Positions 63,532 through 64,000 of a stretch of DNA of 64,000 nt are shown here, piece by piece. Position 1 is the first letter of the stretch. Every line of letters starts with the position of its first letter. Where the stretch lies: NCBI GenBank assembly GCA_030390025.1, contig CM059431.1, positions 128,156,001 to 128,220,000 on the forward strand. Direction: 5' to 3'. Under the pieces are notes generated by a model. The model did not search any database. It worked only from the letters and a program-made list of their open reading frames with translations, and was not told the DNA's origin. The translations under genes and the position numbers were made by a program. The DNA is from Squalus acanthias (lineage: Eukaryota).

Positions 63532-64000
63532 TATATGTTGGTAAGCTTTAGTGCTTTTAACTTTCAAATGGAAATTATGACTATTAGCACTGGCTGAGCT
63601 AGATTTTACTACAAGCTTAAAATGTAATGGATGGAATCTTTTTCTGATAACACAAATCATTCCATTATTATCATGGAGTCCCCGTGAGATGAGTACAAAT
63701 CCAAGCCAGAGATGTTAACTAAACTGAATTTGGTTGACTTGACTGAGCTAAATCAAAACTAACCCTGAGTTTAGACTACTCAGATTATGAAGCATGTACA
63801 TTTTTGGACACTGTTCCTAGTGACCAAGCTAGCATGCTCTAAATTGATCAAATGGAAGATATAATGCAGTCAGGTGGACGTAGGCTTGCGACAGGAACAA
63901 AAATATTTGGTCAGAGGCCTTACTCTATCCAGTTGCTCCTCTTGGAAACAGGCATTGAGCTTGATACTCTTTGCAGTTAGACTGAAAACAGGAATGAACT

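Overview
Eukaryotic (vertebrate) genomic DNA, most likely a cartilaginous fish. This is inferred from a SacSINE1/Deu-like SINE, shark-type CR1 LINEs with an SGNH esterase ORF1, and Penelope-like elements. I recognise no host protein-coding gene, so the window looks intronic or intergenic and is mostly transposable elements. It contains: (1) many decayed or internally deleted PIF/Harbinger DNA transposons with two convergent genes, a HARBI1-like DDE nuclease and a three-exon Myb/SANT-like gene; (2) about ten Harbinger-type MITEs with GG(G)-starting TIRs, six with clear 3-bp TSDs; (3) CR1, L2 and a second CR1/Jockey-group LINE; (4) a Penelope-like RT+GIY-YIG element and PLE 3' ends carrying minimal hammerhead ribozyme motifs; (5) two tRNA-derived SINEs. 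The most notable observations are the hammerhead motifs, one Myb gene copy with an open spliced frame, family-specific subterminal motifs and hairpins, a 91-bp monomer array at a CR1 5' end, a 42-bp inverted templated insertion, and LINE copies sharing identical lesions. Coordinates were read by eye and boundaries of decayed elements are approximate.
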